Below are positions 26,716 to 39,590 of a stretch of 64,000 bases of DNA, one piece after another. Numbering within the stretch: the first letter of the stretch is position 1; every line of letters begins with the position of its first letter. The DNA lies in contig NC_081331.1 of NCBI RefSeq assembly GCF_022539665.2, forward strand, positions 12,400,001-12,464,000. The letters are read 5' to 3'. Below the pieces are notes generated by a model. It saw only the letters and a program-made list of their open reading frames with translations. It had not been told where the DNA came from and did no database searches. Position numbers and translations under genes: made by a program. This DNA comes from Daphnia carinata (taxonomy: Eukaryota).

Positions 26716-28323
26716 ACATCTCAAACAAATTTATTTTTCATCGACCTTCGTTCTAATACCGGAGCTATATAATATGTGACTAATAGTGGTGTCGCGCTGT
26801 GATAGGGCGCTGTGGTATAGCACTGAGATCATACGTCGACTGTCCGTGTTCGGTTCTTATAGACGCCATTGCTTAAAATTTTTTTAAATTATTTTTATAA
26901 ATGTAAATAAAAAAAAATAAAATAACCCATTTTATTTATTTTAGAACAGTATTAAATCGAACACATTTTTAAAGCAATTAACCAGTGCCCGTCAAAGCAA
27001 AACAAGTTACCAGAAAAATTTAAATTGGCTATGGAAATAAAACCATCGGATTGCCCCATCATATTTGTTTAGTTAAGCAATAAAGATATGGTTTTTTCCA
27101 AAAATAATTGTCATCGAACATTCAACGTTATAAAGCCTCAAGAGAATCAAAGCGTTTCCCAATGAACAGTGTGTTGCTCACCTAGATAACAAAATTGTGT
27201 GAGAGGCCTCGGGTTCATCATGTCTCAACAACAAATTGTTCATCATGGTTGAACAAAATAGATTCGTAATTCCTACGTATATATTCAAGGAACTCTCCCC
27301 AGCTTTTGCAATTGGGTCAAGTGCTTGTCAGAAATTCAGTCGGAGACTTGAGTCTTAAAAAATTCGGCGTGCGATATGTTTCGCACAGACGTTTGGAGGA
27401 TCAAATGGAGTTCGTGGTGTATCCTAGTCAGTGTTACTTTCTGAAAAGCGTACCGTTCACCATTGTCCGCTTGGTGGCTCTTATTGAGGAACATTTTACT
27501 TTTGAAGTTGCATAGAAAGCGCCAAAAGCAACAGCGGTTTGGCCAAAAATCTCAAAATCCCCAGAAATCCCCAGAAAATTAAATAGGCCCTGGATAATCC
27601 CGGAAACCCTAGATTTCCATAACTGCACCCTAGATTCCAAAAATATTCTTTAAATCCCCCTAAATAGGGTAATATCCCTAGAAGTGGAATGGCTGCTAGC
27701 AACAGCCATAGAGCCCTATCGGATGCTGAGTTGCAAATTTTTACAAACCTGACATTTAGTGTTTTGAACAACGAATGTTTTTCATCCAGGTTCTCTCAGT
27801 TTTCGAGTAGGTCAGATCGGTTTTCTGATTGCGAAAAATCTGAACGGCTTCCTAATTTTGGTGATCTTTGGCTATTTTGAATGGCTGCTTGGCTATAATT
27901 GGCTATAGCTGGCAACGTCATGGCCTATAACTGCAGTCAATAGCAGACAGCTTTTCAAATAGCCGTTTGTTTTTCCCTAATATCCGTGAACTTAGCGAGA
28001 CCTAGTTTTATCGGCGCTTTCTTCGTTTTTTTGTATTTATGAAACGCGTAGGTATCTGATGTCACTTTTAGTTTTGAGCCATATTCAATACGTTGACTGG
28101 ATATGTCCACTGTGCCCCACTGTGTAACGTTCGTGGCTAAGTTAGAGATGTACAGAATCCCAATGTTTGAGAGAAACTGCCTAACTAGTTCATATAGCCA
28201 GTGTAACAAATACATCTAGTAAATACATTAAAATAGAACGTTTTTCTGTATAACTGAGATGCAAATGCCAAAAACTTAATAATATTTCTTTACCCAGATC
28301 AACTAGACAAGATTTGACACAAG

Positions 28324-29076
28324 ATGGACCATTCAAAGAAATCTGTTCTTTTTATCTGTCTCGGTGAGCATCTCGTAATAGTACTAAGACAGCCTATACT
28401 GGAGTTTGAATATTGATTGTATGAATTTTTTATGCAAATTTTTTTTTTACCTTGTTTAAACTATATAGGAAACATATGTCGCTCCCCAATAGCAGAAGCT
28501 GTCTTTGCTAAGTTGGTCAAGGATGCTGGGAAACAAAATGAGTGGAACATTGACAGTGGCGCTATTGGTAATTGGCATGTAGGAAAAGGACCAGATCGCC
28601 GTGCAATTTCTGTGTTAAGTAAGCACAGTATATCTACAAGTCATAAAGCAAGACAGGTAATCAATAGTAGTTTTCTTTTTTCAAACAAGTTGTCAAAAAT
28701 CATTTAAATTCCTAGATAAAGAGTAGGGATTTCTCAGAGTTTGACTACATTTTTGGGATGGATGAAGATAACATGGATGACCTCAAATCCATGGCTCCTA
28801 CGAATTCAAAAGCCAAAATTGAATTGCTGGGAACGTACGATCCCCAAGGAGAACTGATTATACGAGACCCATATTATGTAAGCTCTTACGCGTTCAAGGC
28901 ATGCACATTGTTTACCGCCTGCCGAAATTTTCTTCTGCTGTATTGTTTATAGCTTAGTCTTTACATTTAGTTATTTAATTTTACATAAATTGCAGGACAA
29001 TGGAGAAGAGGGCTTTGAGAAATGTTACCAGCAGTGCATGCGGTGCTGTGCAGCTTTCTTGGAACGAATGGGCTAA
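28324..29076 (+). CDS. ACP1: Low molecular weight phosphotyrosine protein phosphatase (LMW-PTP)
   Basis: Exons 28324-28363, 28469-28656, 28716-28877, 28996-29076 give [80 protein letters not shown]. This includes the P-loop CLGNICRS and the DPYY general-acid motif. Confidence 0.96.
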
Positions 29077-29412
29077 CCGGTTGCAAACCTAAGTGCAAAT
29101 ATGATACTGAATAAGTTTCGGGCCACCAATCTCAACGTTCAGTGCAAAATACATTCTGAACTTAAATCCTAATGGCATGTTTTTTACCTCAGGCAATCTT
29201 TTATTGGTATGCCATCTCATGGTATAAACTAACTGCATCCACATTTGCAGTTATAGTTATAATACGAAGGCCGGTCATGACTGGTAGCTGTGTATTTCTT
29301 TCGTACATTTTAAGGACACAGCTATCCACCATTAAATAATACAAAAGATAGGCAGCACATCCTTTTCGTAACATTTTTTCGCTTCAATTGTTTTGAACAT
29401 ACTCTGCAGAAA

Positions 29413-30768
29413 TCAAACTGTGCCGTTCACTTTCTTAGCGCAGGAGATGTTTGCGTCTCCGCATCGAAGCGGACCGCATCCACCCTGAGTGGCAGGAAAA
29501 CTGAAGTTAGAGCTGAACGACTTGTCTCCCGTCTGCTGACCTTCCCCCTCAGCCTCGGCCGCCGGGCGGAAATTTAACGACGAGGAGTTGATGCAATATC
29601 GTAATCCGGTTGGCTGTGGGCCGTCGGTGAACAAGTGTCCAAGATGAGCTCGGCAGTTGGAGCAGCTCACTTCGGTTCTCACCAGACCTGGATTGGCGAT
29701 TAGAAGAAGTAGATTGGCGCCAACTGCAGCAGCACTCACCATCCGTCGACGAAAGTTCAGATACGAAAAGTTGAACGCCAGTAGATGGAGGTAGAGGAAG
29801 ATAGTCATGGTGGTCGTGTATTTTCGTGGTAGAAGGAGGCAAAAACAAAGTCGCGTGTGCAATGTTGAATGAAACGAGATCGTCCGACGTGTGTTGGGTA
29901 GAGGTCCATGTCAGAAAGGGAGAGCGTTGTAATGACAGATGAAAAGAAGAGGAGGGAACCATAAACCAAGGATACAAAGAGAAAATCAGTGTACCTCAAA
30001 TGATTAGTAAGTAATAGAAAAATGTACACACAACAGCGATAAAAATACCAACCATAAGAAATAGGTAAATGTGGAAAGGCCTTTGGCCACCAAAGTTTAC
30101 GACTTCAGAACAGCCGTGATAGAACTTAGTAATAGTTTTATGTGGTAAACTACTATCAGCTACAAAGGTTTTGAAAAAAAAAGGAAACCTTGAAAAGTGT
30201 TTGCACTTAAGTAGTCAAGATGACTCTCATTGTGAAACCAAAGCCTTAAGTCAAGACATACCCTCACAGATAAATATCCTGCAATAGACTGCCAAACAAG
30301 TCACCGGTCCAAATGTGCGTCATGTGGTGTAGAATGACTTACCATGAGAGGCATCTTTTGTTAGTTTGACTCCTTTAGGATCGACGACGTCATAGAAAGC
30401 CGGCCAACCGGAACCAGAATCGTATTTCGTCTTCGAATTGAAGAGATCGCGGCCGCATGAAATGCACTCGTAGATGCCGTTTTCCCGAAGCTTGTAGTAC
30501 TTGTTGGTAAAAGCCCTAATCACGCAGACGGAAAGCGCCAGTGTAAAAAGCCGGTTATTCAAGTCACATTTACCACGTAAAGGAGGAAATGAGTGGGAAA
30601 ATGCGTGCGTTTGAACTGTAGTAACAGTCACGATAACGAACGAGATCTTGAGAACGAATGGGTTAAGAAAACTCACCTTTCCGTGCCCTTCTCCTGCGTG
30701 ACTGACCACTGGAGCGGAGTTAGCCGCTGACGCAGTTCTTGCTTGAACTCGGATGATGTCGGGTCCAT
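29413..30768 (-). CDS. MsrB: Methionine-R-sulfoxide reductase B (Cys-type, zinc-binding)
   Basis: Exons 30768-30677, 30515-30343, then 29723 (or 29687) to 29413 give [103 protein letters not shown]. Two CxxC zinc motifs. The catalytic Cys is encoded by TGC, not Sec. Further upstream exons may exist (acceptor near 30817). Confidence 0.95.
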
Positions 30769-33700
30769 GGCTTGAGAGAGTGAAGTATTTCCGTTGAGTA
30801 ATCGGTGAACAGGACGCTAAAGCCGACCAATAATGGAAAAAAAAGACAAAAAACAAACAAAAACAAAACTAAAATTTTTTTTTCTTTTTTTTTTCTCCCC
30901 ATGAACCTTCCTCCCGGAAGGAAAGGGAGGGGAGTTTTCAAAACAGTTGTATGCTGTGCGTATTCTTAAAACGTTTTTGACATCCGCGATATGCGTTTCT
31001 TTAGTTAAAAATATCCGTTTTCCTGGGTAGAACATACGTCGTTCGTCAAAACGCTGGCAAACGTGGAAGAACGCAATACGGTCAAACGAAAACGAAAAAA
31101 AGGCACATAAAGTTGCATGTTACGTGAGTGACTTCGTCGACTATAACGCAAAATAACTATCACTGGCGACCGTTAAAGCCAAATCGGGTGAAAAACTTCA
31201 ATTTATTACCAAACTTAAATAGTCTATCGCCTGCTGTACGCGTGCTGTCGTTCCGAAAACGCCCCAACCACAGAAAAAGGTATACATTTCTTTTACATTC
31301 TTTCGTTTTACGTTTTATATTTTTGCTGGAGGTTTTTCTTTTTAAAGCATACGCAAAAGGCTGAGTGTGAGCTGCCGGGCAAAAACGAAAAAGGGACAAG
31401 GATTTGTTATTTATTCATGGTTTTTGCTAGACGCGCACATGGAAGGCACGATTTCAAAATCGACTGCTGCATGTTAATTGGAAAATCAAATTTGGAAAAC
31501 TCCCGGATGTGGCGTTTGTATGTAAAATACTATTTGCAGATTTTCAATGTATACCGGATGCTAAACAACTAACTTGGGCTTTTGCGTTGACACAGCAACA
31601 AAAGCCGATCGCGTGATGAGCGACATCGTTGATCAAAGCCGCAACGTTATCGACTCATTAAACCAGTTTGAATGACAATAATGGAGCAGGTTTTTCGGGA
31701 ATGTTGATTAGATCGTCAACTACCACGAAACAGATGGATGCGCAAAAAGAAGAGAAATCGAGGGCGACTGCTGTATAAGGCGCTACGAGCGCTTCTCACG
31801 AAAACGAAAAAAGTATAGACTTCGGTCGTCCCTTTTTGAAGGAGAGAAAAACAAAAGAGAGGAAGAAAACCTGCTGCGCGATTGGCATTTCCTTATTTAG
31901 TCTGGCCAGAGGCTCCGATGGCTGGATTCTTTTCTTTTGGGCATTTTTGTTGTTGTTGTTATATGGGTCAGAATCTTTACTTCCCATTTTTTACGCGCAC
32001 CGCCACTTTTTTTTCTTCGTTCTAGGCAAGCTATTTTAGGCTGAGGCTTCTTGAAGGACGCGGACTTGTATACCTTAAACAACAAGAGAGTTCATATAAA
32101 ACCGCCGCCGGGACGGATGAGCTGCCAACATTTTTCGACTGCGGCGGAGAACGCAGAGAGCTTATTTTTAGGCACGATAGGTTCGTATTGAAGGAGCAAC
32201 TGACGTGCGATCGATACGACAACAACGTAAATACTCATGACTCACCTGCTTGGCCGAGGAACGCAATCGGACGATCAGCTGATACACACACACATATACA
32301 CATACACACCCTGATTGTATTTACTAATTTGTCGCTATGCAGTCACGTTGGGATTGAATGACAGCTGGATTTTGTTCGACACACAATTTCACTAGGAATG
32401 TTGTCTTGACGAGTAACGCTGGTTGGTCAAAGACAAGACGGGGGAGAAATGACTCGAGCCAGTCGTGCAGCACATTCAACGTTCGACGTTGAAGTGAGCG
32501 TGTTTTTTTCCTTTCGTTTGGCTATACAATAGCCTTTTGCTTACTCGTCGGTCTTCTGCTGTCGCCTCTTGCTATATTGCCGCCAGGCTTTGGCAACCGT
32601 GCCAATGGCGGCTTGGCCGAAAAAGGGAAGTGGCGGGCGGGACCTGCGCACTTATAAGCATCTCCGTGCGGACGCATTTCATGATTCGAGTCCTGAAGGT
32701 TGCGACCTATGTATACAACGTAAACTGTCTCTTCCCTTCGCATTATGGTAGCTAACCACACCTTCTCCTGGAGACGTAATCACAAGCTATTTCATACTCG
32801 CCTGTAGCTACTTAAGCAGCTTTAGTCGATTAGACGTGTTAATAGATAGCTGTGTGCCCCCAAGTTGCTGGGCTTGATTGGTTGGTGCCTTTCGTTGCAC
32901 GCGTCATGCGGACCGGGTTGTTTTCTATCCCAGAATTTTATTTTGGGTTTTGGCTGTAGTGAATGAAATTCCTGAGGGCGATTCAAGAAGTCCCGCCAGC
33001 AAGTATGCGACCCCGGCAAGTACTTAAGTAGGGACGGTAATCTATAGAAAGCCATAACGATGGTAATTGGAAATAGTAACAACGAGGTGCATTTAAAAAA
33101 TAAAAAGATAAGGACACCACGGTTTTTGTGTAATCCCCTCACTTTCACAGAAAATCATTTAACCGAAAGTTCCAAAGAAAGTCCTTTTTTTTTGTGTTTT
33201 TGGCTGATGGCCCACCTTTGCACAGTTGCACGCGTTTAATCCCATCACCCTGCCTATGGCTACATAGTTTTATTCCTCGCGATGTCGTGAATTCATCTCG
33301 CTCCTTTGGCAAAGGCTTTGTATACACTATCATTAAAAGAATGATACATGTGTGAAGCCACACCGAACCATCGCCACACCTGGTTGTATAGGAAAGACTA
33401 CTTGACTGCTTCTCATTTCTTCTATATTCATTTTCAACAGTCTATCTATGGCGCTGTAAGGTCACGAACCAGACTGATGCTGGAATTTCAGGGCTTGTTA
33501 AAGGCGGAAATATACGTCGAGTGCTATATAACTTTGTTCTAACCTTCAGTCCTTCACCGGTGCGCTCGTACAAGGGTTATCTCTCGTCGTGTTCACGGTG
33601 CTGCATTGGAACACTATTCTTTTCTGGGCGCATTCAACAAAAGAGACCATCCTTTAGAACTCGGCTCCTAAAGTAATCGTAAAAAGCTGAAAATATAACC

Positions 33701-35996
33701 CAATCCTGTTTTGTTTGTCTCCTTTGAAGGCAATAACTGGTGGAAACTACCAGGCTGACCATTGGCAGCTGAGTCAGTCATGCGTGATCAGAATGGCGTC
33801 ATTCATTATTGCAACTCATTGGTGGCTGAAGTCGTTTAGTGTGCATACAACACAGCTCGCTCCACTGCATTTTACTGGCGGTGGTGTCGAAAGTATTTCG
33901 TCCTATAAGGATGCGCAACTAATTTATTTTTGTCTATACTAGGCGTGACGGAGACACGGACCTAAAAGAGGAATTCCGTTATCTAGTCAACAATATTTAC
34001 GCTATATTAATTTAAATGAGTTCTCTAACCTATTTGAATGATCTAATATATGCGAATATCATTCTTGAGTTGCGTGCATCATTGGTTTTGAATGAATTCA
34101 TGTCCCTGGGAAAATTTGTGTATCCGTTATCCGGTCGGAAATATCTCTTGGGTGGAGTTGTCCGTTCTGAAAGCGATTATTTACGCACAGATCACGTGGT
34201 GCCATTTTTTCCCCTGTGTGTTACTATGTCGCCAATTGCTGTATTCATATTAATTCAATCGGTGTCCTGAATTTTTTTTCAGAAAAATATTACAGCTCGA
34301 TTGAAAGTCAGTGCCCGTGCAGGAAATGAAGCCAATCGCCTCGTCAAATGGGTCAAATGACTCAATGTTGTATCCCTTACTATCTGACCAACTTTCGCCT
34401 TTTAGGGAAAAATTTACACGCCCGTCAAGAAAAACAATTCCAGAAAGCCATTGTCATTTTTCGACTTCGAAATGTTGACGTGTGGCATATTTCGTTTTCT
34501 TTTTATCGCCCTTGCTCTCTCCAGTCACGAGGGCGTAGACAGAGTTTTACATTTTATAATATACAGCATAGTGACTAGTCAATGCTGATATCAAAATTAA
34601 AGCAATAAAAGGCAATGTTCGCTTCGATTCAACTATTAATTCTATTCATATTTTAATTTTACTTTTTTAAAAGATTTTGAAAATAAAACAAGATTCGTTT
34701 TATGCAGTGGAAGGGGCCGGCCCTTTATACTGGTTCAATGGTGGAGCCGGAATTCTTATGGCTGTTCGATCACTCTTCATCTCCATTTCTCTGTGCTAAA
34801 CCTGATAAGAATTTATAGAGGTCATTGCGGTCAACAACACAGAAACATGTACTACTTTTATAATTCCGGATATTGTATGACTGCCAATGGTTACAGCTGT
34901 TGCCCGCTGTCACGAGTTCTGTTCTGGGCACGTTGTGTACCAGTTTCCATTTCATTTTTTTTTTTTTCCCATTCCACTCGACTACAAAATCCGGGTATCA
35001 TAGACAAGACGGCATACGAAAGCGTCAGAGGTCACGGTGCTCACGAAGAGCTATGAATGGAAGTGGAAGCCGTAATGACATGATGTTGTAATTATATTCA
35101 AACACTTTCAACATTCCAGGAAATTTTTCACCGTAAATGTGAAAGGCGACTTTTTAAAGCTCTCTTTGATGAAAGTCAAGGGTTATTTCAGCTTGGAATT
35201 GCGTCGTCAATGAGAACCCTTTTGATTGCTCTAGACTAAAGTGATTTATTGCTCGCTTTATAAGGAATTTTTCTTCAGTGCTTATTCGTAAGGGATGGCA
35301 TTTCATTACTGGCTACCAAGCCAGTGCACAAGCACTTACACCGAATCACTAATGGGAGATTAGTTCAACAAGCGCCAATTAAGGTGGTGAAGGCCGTTGA
35401 AAATCTTGACTATTTTCAGTAACATCAGCTATCGGTAACGGAGAGTGCCTTGAACGATGTACTGTATGCACAACAAATATGTTGAAAAGTCCTGCCTAAT
35501 ACGAGAAAAAAATTTTCGTTATTGTAAACATGCGGAACACAAACCAAAAAGGCCGACTACATACTTAAATCAAACACAAACAACGCACATCCGTTCAAAA
35601 CGTTCTCTATTTTTAAAAGAGAATAATCAGCTAAAAATGTTTTGTTAAAAGAATTTTTGTTTTTTTCTAGATTTTGAATACAGTAAGTTTTTTTTTTTTT
35701 AAATCTTGGGATTCCCAAGGAACGAAGGAAAGGAAATACTGGAGAAGAGGAGGCTCCTCATAAGGCCCTCCTGGTGAATTCGACACACCCAGTACAGTTC
35801 ATGTTTCTTGTGATTTAAAAAAAAAAACTAAGTTATTCTGTTTGTCACTAGAGGACACTTAAGATTAAAAACTCTGCGGTCAGATGGCGATATCATCATC
35901 GTGTTTGACATTTTCTGTTTTTAAAAATTTCCAAATCGAAAAGTGCAAATTGCTCACTAGCTCATGATTTATCATTATATTCACTGAAATACTGCA

Positions 35997-38275
35997 ATGG
36001 ACGTAGGTGAACTCTTATCTTTCAAGGTAGGTAAATTTGGCTGACACTTTTGTGTTCTACCTTCAGCTACAAATGGCTGTATAAGTCGACGAGTACCAAC
36101 TTGCAAGAAAACGATGTTTTAACACGTATACTTCCACTACCATTCTAATTTTCATTTTTTTCATGCAGCCTAAGCAAAATCCTAAAAGGGACATTGCAGA
36201 TGAAGAAGGGGAATCTGAAGTGGAACGGCCAGGAAAGAAACAAAAACAATTTCTAACCAGCAATGTAAAGCCCAGTCAAAGATCATCAGCCACATATGTT
36301 GCCCCTCCAGTTGTTGAAGCACCAGCAAAAGAGGAGTTGCTCAAATTGTTGGAACAAGATGAAAATAATGAAGGCCTTGATGAAACCTCTCTTAAGCGAA
36401 TGATTCTAAATTTTGATAAGCGTGTTTTGAAAAACCAGGAACTAAGAGTGAAGTTTCCAGATTCCCCAGAAAAGTATAGTTCCCTCTAAATTTTTTATAC
36501 CAGTACATCTCAGCAACTCATTTGTTTTGTATTATATAGATTTATGGAGTCTGAACTGGAATTGCATGAAGCAATACAGCTCATGCATGCACTTGCAACA
36601 GTTCCTGAACTCTACACTGTAGCTGTTGAACAAAAGTTTATACCAACATTGCTGGGCCTTTTATCACATGATAATACAGACATTTCAGTTGCAGTGGTAA
36701 ATCTACTGCAAGAACTGACTGACATTGATACCCTCAATGAAAGTCAAGATGAAGCTGCTGTTCTAATTGATGCCCTATTGGATCAACAAGTTTGTGCCCT
36801 TCTTGTCCATAATCTTGAACGACTGAACGAAGCCCAGTCAGAAGAAGCCGACGGAGTTCATAATTCACTAGGTACCTATGCCAATATGGATTCCCAAAAT
36901 TATAATGCAACGTTTTTATTACGTGATTTTGTTTTTCTGCAGCCATAGTGGAAAACCTGACAGAAATCAGGCCAGAAGTATGTCTTCAAGCAGCCCAACA
37001 GGGGCTATTGAGCTGGATCATGAAAAGGCTAAAGGCAAAATCACCGTTCGATGCCAACAAACTATACTGCAGTGAAATCCTATCCATCTTACTGCAAGGA
37101 ACCCCGGAAAACCGACAGCTTTTGGGTGAAATTGACGGCATCGATATTTTACTTCAACAACTGGCTGTAAGATTTGTTCACGCGTTCAAAAACAAACAAA
37201 CAAACAAAAACGCTCATCATTCTACATTTACATCTTAGATTTTCAAGCGGCAAGATCCTAAAACAGGCGAGGAACAAGAAATGATGGAAAACCTTTTTGA
37301 TTGTGTTTGTTCCAGCCTGATTCACGTTCCCAACCGCGACAGATTTCTCAAGGGAGAAGGGCTCCAACTTATGAACCTCATGTTGCGGTATTGTTGAAAT
37401 TACCAAAGCTAGATTAGCAGCCATTTACATTGATCTTGAAGTATGGCCTGATTTAAAAAAAAATCCTTTTTATGTAGAGAGAAAAAAATGTCTAGAAATG
37501 GCGCACTCAAAGTTTTAAATCACGCACTTAGTGGTGAATCTGGTAGAGATAATTGCACTAAGTTTGTGGACATTCTCGGCCTAAGGACTATTTTCCCGCT
37601 TTTCATGAAGACGCCTCATAAGCTAAAGAGAAAAGGAATGTCAGCCGAGGAGTATGAAGGTACAGAAAAATAAAGACATTTTGAAAATAATCATTAGACA
37701 TAAATTGGGGTGTAACGTAACATCGTAAACGGTTTTTAGAACACATCATCTCAATCATTGCAAGCATGCTAAAGTCGTGCCGAGGGTCGCAACGCTCCAG
37801 AATACTACTGAAGTTCACAGAAAACGACCACGAAAAAACTGACCGACTGATGGAGCTTCACTTCAAGTACTTTGACAAGTTACGCGTGATCGACGCTCAA
37901 CTGCAGCGGAACGAAACCGACGAGGAGGACGAGGACGAAATTTACCTCAAGCGGCTGGAAGGAGGACTGTTTACGCTTCAACTCGTCGACTACATCATGA
38001 TGGAAGCCTGCGCCTCGGGAGCCGCCTCCGTCAAGCAGCGCGTTTTACACACGCTCAATTTGAGAGGAGGCACGGTCAAAACGATTCGAGAAATAATGAG
38101 AGGTAATTGTTGTTTTTTTCCCAGTCGAGTGGCCTTAAACAGTTCGTGGGCCATTTAACTAATCTACTTTGTGATCTTTCTCGCAGAGTACGCAGGAAAT
38201 CTTGGGGATGGCAGTGAAAGCGAAGCGAAAGAAGAAGAAAAACAACACATCCTTCAGCTCTTAGACAAGTTTTAA
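35997..38275 (+). CDS. CTNNBL1: Beta-catenin-like protein 1 (spliceosomal PRP19 complex)
   Basis: Exons 35997-36026, 36169-36473, 36540-36871, 36943-37166, 37239-37387, 37478-37659, 37740-38102, 38187-38275. The product has MDVGELLSFK, NQELRVKFPDSPEKFMESELEL, LLSHDNTDISVAVVNLLQELTD, FDANKLYCSEILSILLQ, KFTENDHEKTDRLMELHFKY, GLFTLQLVDYI, EYAGNLGD. Confidence 0.96.
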
Positions 38276-39590
38276 GATTACCCAGCAGTTCTACCTAAAA
38301 TACAAAATTTTCCACTAAGAGAATTTTATCGACGAAAGTTGCCATAATCTTTTGAACCACACGCGCATGTCGCCGTAAAGGTTTCGTTTGATGTTTTATT
38401 TCACAGAAATGAACCTAGTCGTTTGCGCTCATAGATGCAGTTTTACAGATTACATCATGAGGCTGGTTTAATAGCAGAAATGATTGCGCCGTTACGTTCA
38501 GAGAGGCCGTTCCAGTTAATGTGACTTTGTGCTTCAAAAACTGCATTCGTTCGACATGGTGAAACCAGTACACTGGCATTCCTTATTTTTTAAAATGTAT
38601 CTTGCGTACGTGTATTGTTTACACGGTCGAACTTTAACTTGTTAGTTCAAGTTGCAATTAATATTCATGTTTTGTTTAACGAAAAGAAGGCGCGGGTACA
38701 AGCTTTAATCAAAATTTTACCATTTACTATTACTATATTGCTTGCGTTTCGATTGAATGCATCGGCTATATTTTATTATTACTTTTGGCTTAAATTGCCC
38801 CAAAACACAAAATCACCGAGAATCTTATTATGTGAGATGAATTGCTTGCTTCGACAATAGCGAGCAATCTGGCACAACACTTAGGGCTAACCTAGTTCAG
38901 TTAAAAATTTTGGTTCAAAATTACATATCTCTCCTTGATCCGAACGATGTTTTCTAACTCAAGGTGATACGAACAAGGGACAAGAAGATCAGTGAAAGCA
39001 AGATAAACAATTCTGAACGCCCTGTTTGCCCATGCGAAGCTGCTTCTTTGTTTCCAATTTTCACGCGAAATATGAAAGGCACTATGAAAGATCACAGCAG
39101 CGATATGGAACCACACTTGTGCCATTATTAGTTTCGGCCTCTTTTCCTTTCTTTGGTACTGAATCACTATTTATTTAACATGCAAAGGTTTGAGCGTGAC
39201 GATTGAAATAAAAGCTAAAGTGGAAGCAAACACTTTTTTTTCCCATTTTGAGGGGGGAAACCTGGAATAAATGGTTTAAGATTGGTCAATGCAAGGTAAT
39301 CGAAATCTAAGGAAAATTGTTCAAATGGTACGGATCAAATGATTCAATATCCCGTTTCACATAGCTGGCTGCTGAAACTTTCACGTGATAGATAAATGAT
39401 CTTTCTAAATGCGTGACCATTAGAGCGTTAGACAATTAGACTGATTTACCACGACGATGACATTGTACTGTACAAGACTCAAATGTGCTGATGAAATAAC
39501 ACGAGGTCGAGAACTCGAGATCGAGTAAACGACGACGATATTCAATAAGAAACTAATTTAATCGACAGTTGGCAACGTCCATGGGCAAAG

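Larger units (their letters stand above)
25954..27695. mobile_element. Non-autonomous hAT-like DNA transposon with 8-bp target-site duplication
   Basis: Identical 8-mer CTAGCAAC flanks both ends (25946-25953 and 27696-27703). Imperfect terminal inverted repeats CAGTGTTTCCACTT / reverse complement of AAGTGGAATGGCTG (CAGCCATTCCACTT). Subterminal short repeats (AAATCCCC, CCCTAG; ATATCCCTAGAA near both ends). An 8-bp TSD with CAG-starting TIRs is typical of hAT elements. Confidence 0.72.

Noticed and set aside
26351..26728. Lys/Glu/Arg-rich and Phe-rich ORFs (125, 110 and 78 aa)
   Set aside because: They are translations of a T/C low-complexity tract and the tRNA-like head, not proteins.
25991..27919. 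Alternative element boundaries from inverted CGTTGCCAG / CTGGCAACG motifs
   Set aside because: No flanking TSD, and TGGCAACGTC also occurs just before the CCDC43 start (~39570), so it may be a common promoter or repeat-remnant motif.
29413..29620. Selenoprotein MsrB (Sec/SECIS)
   Set aside because: The catalytic residue is encoded by TGC and there is no in-frame TGA.
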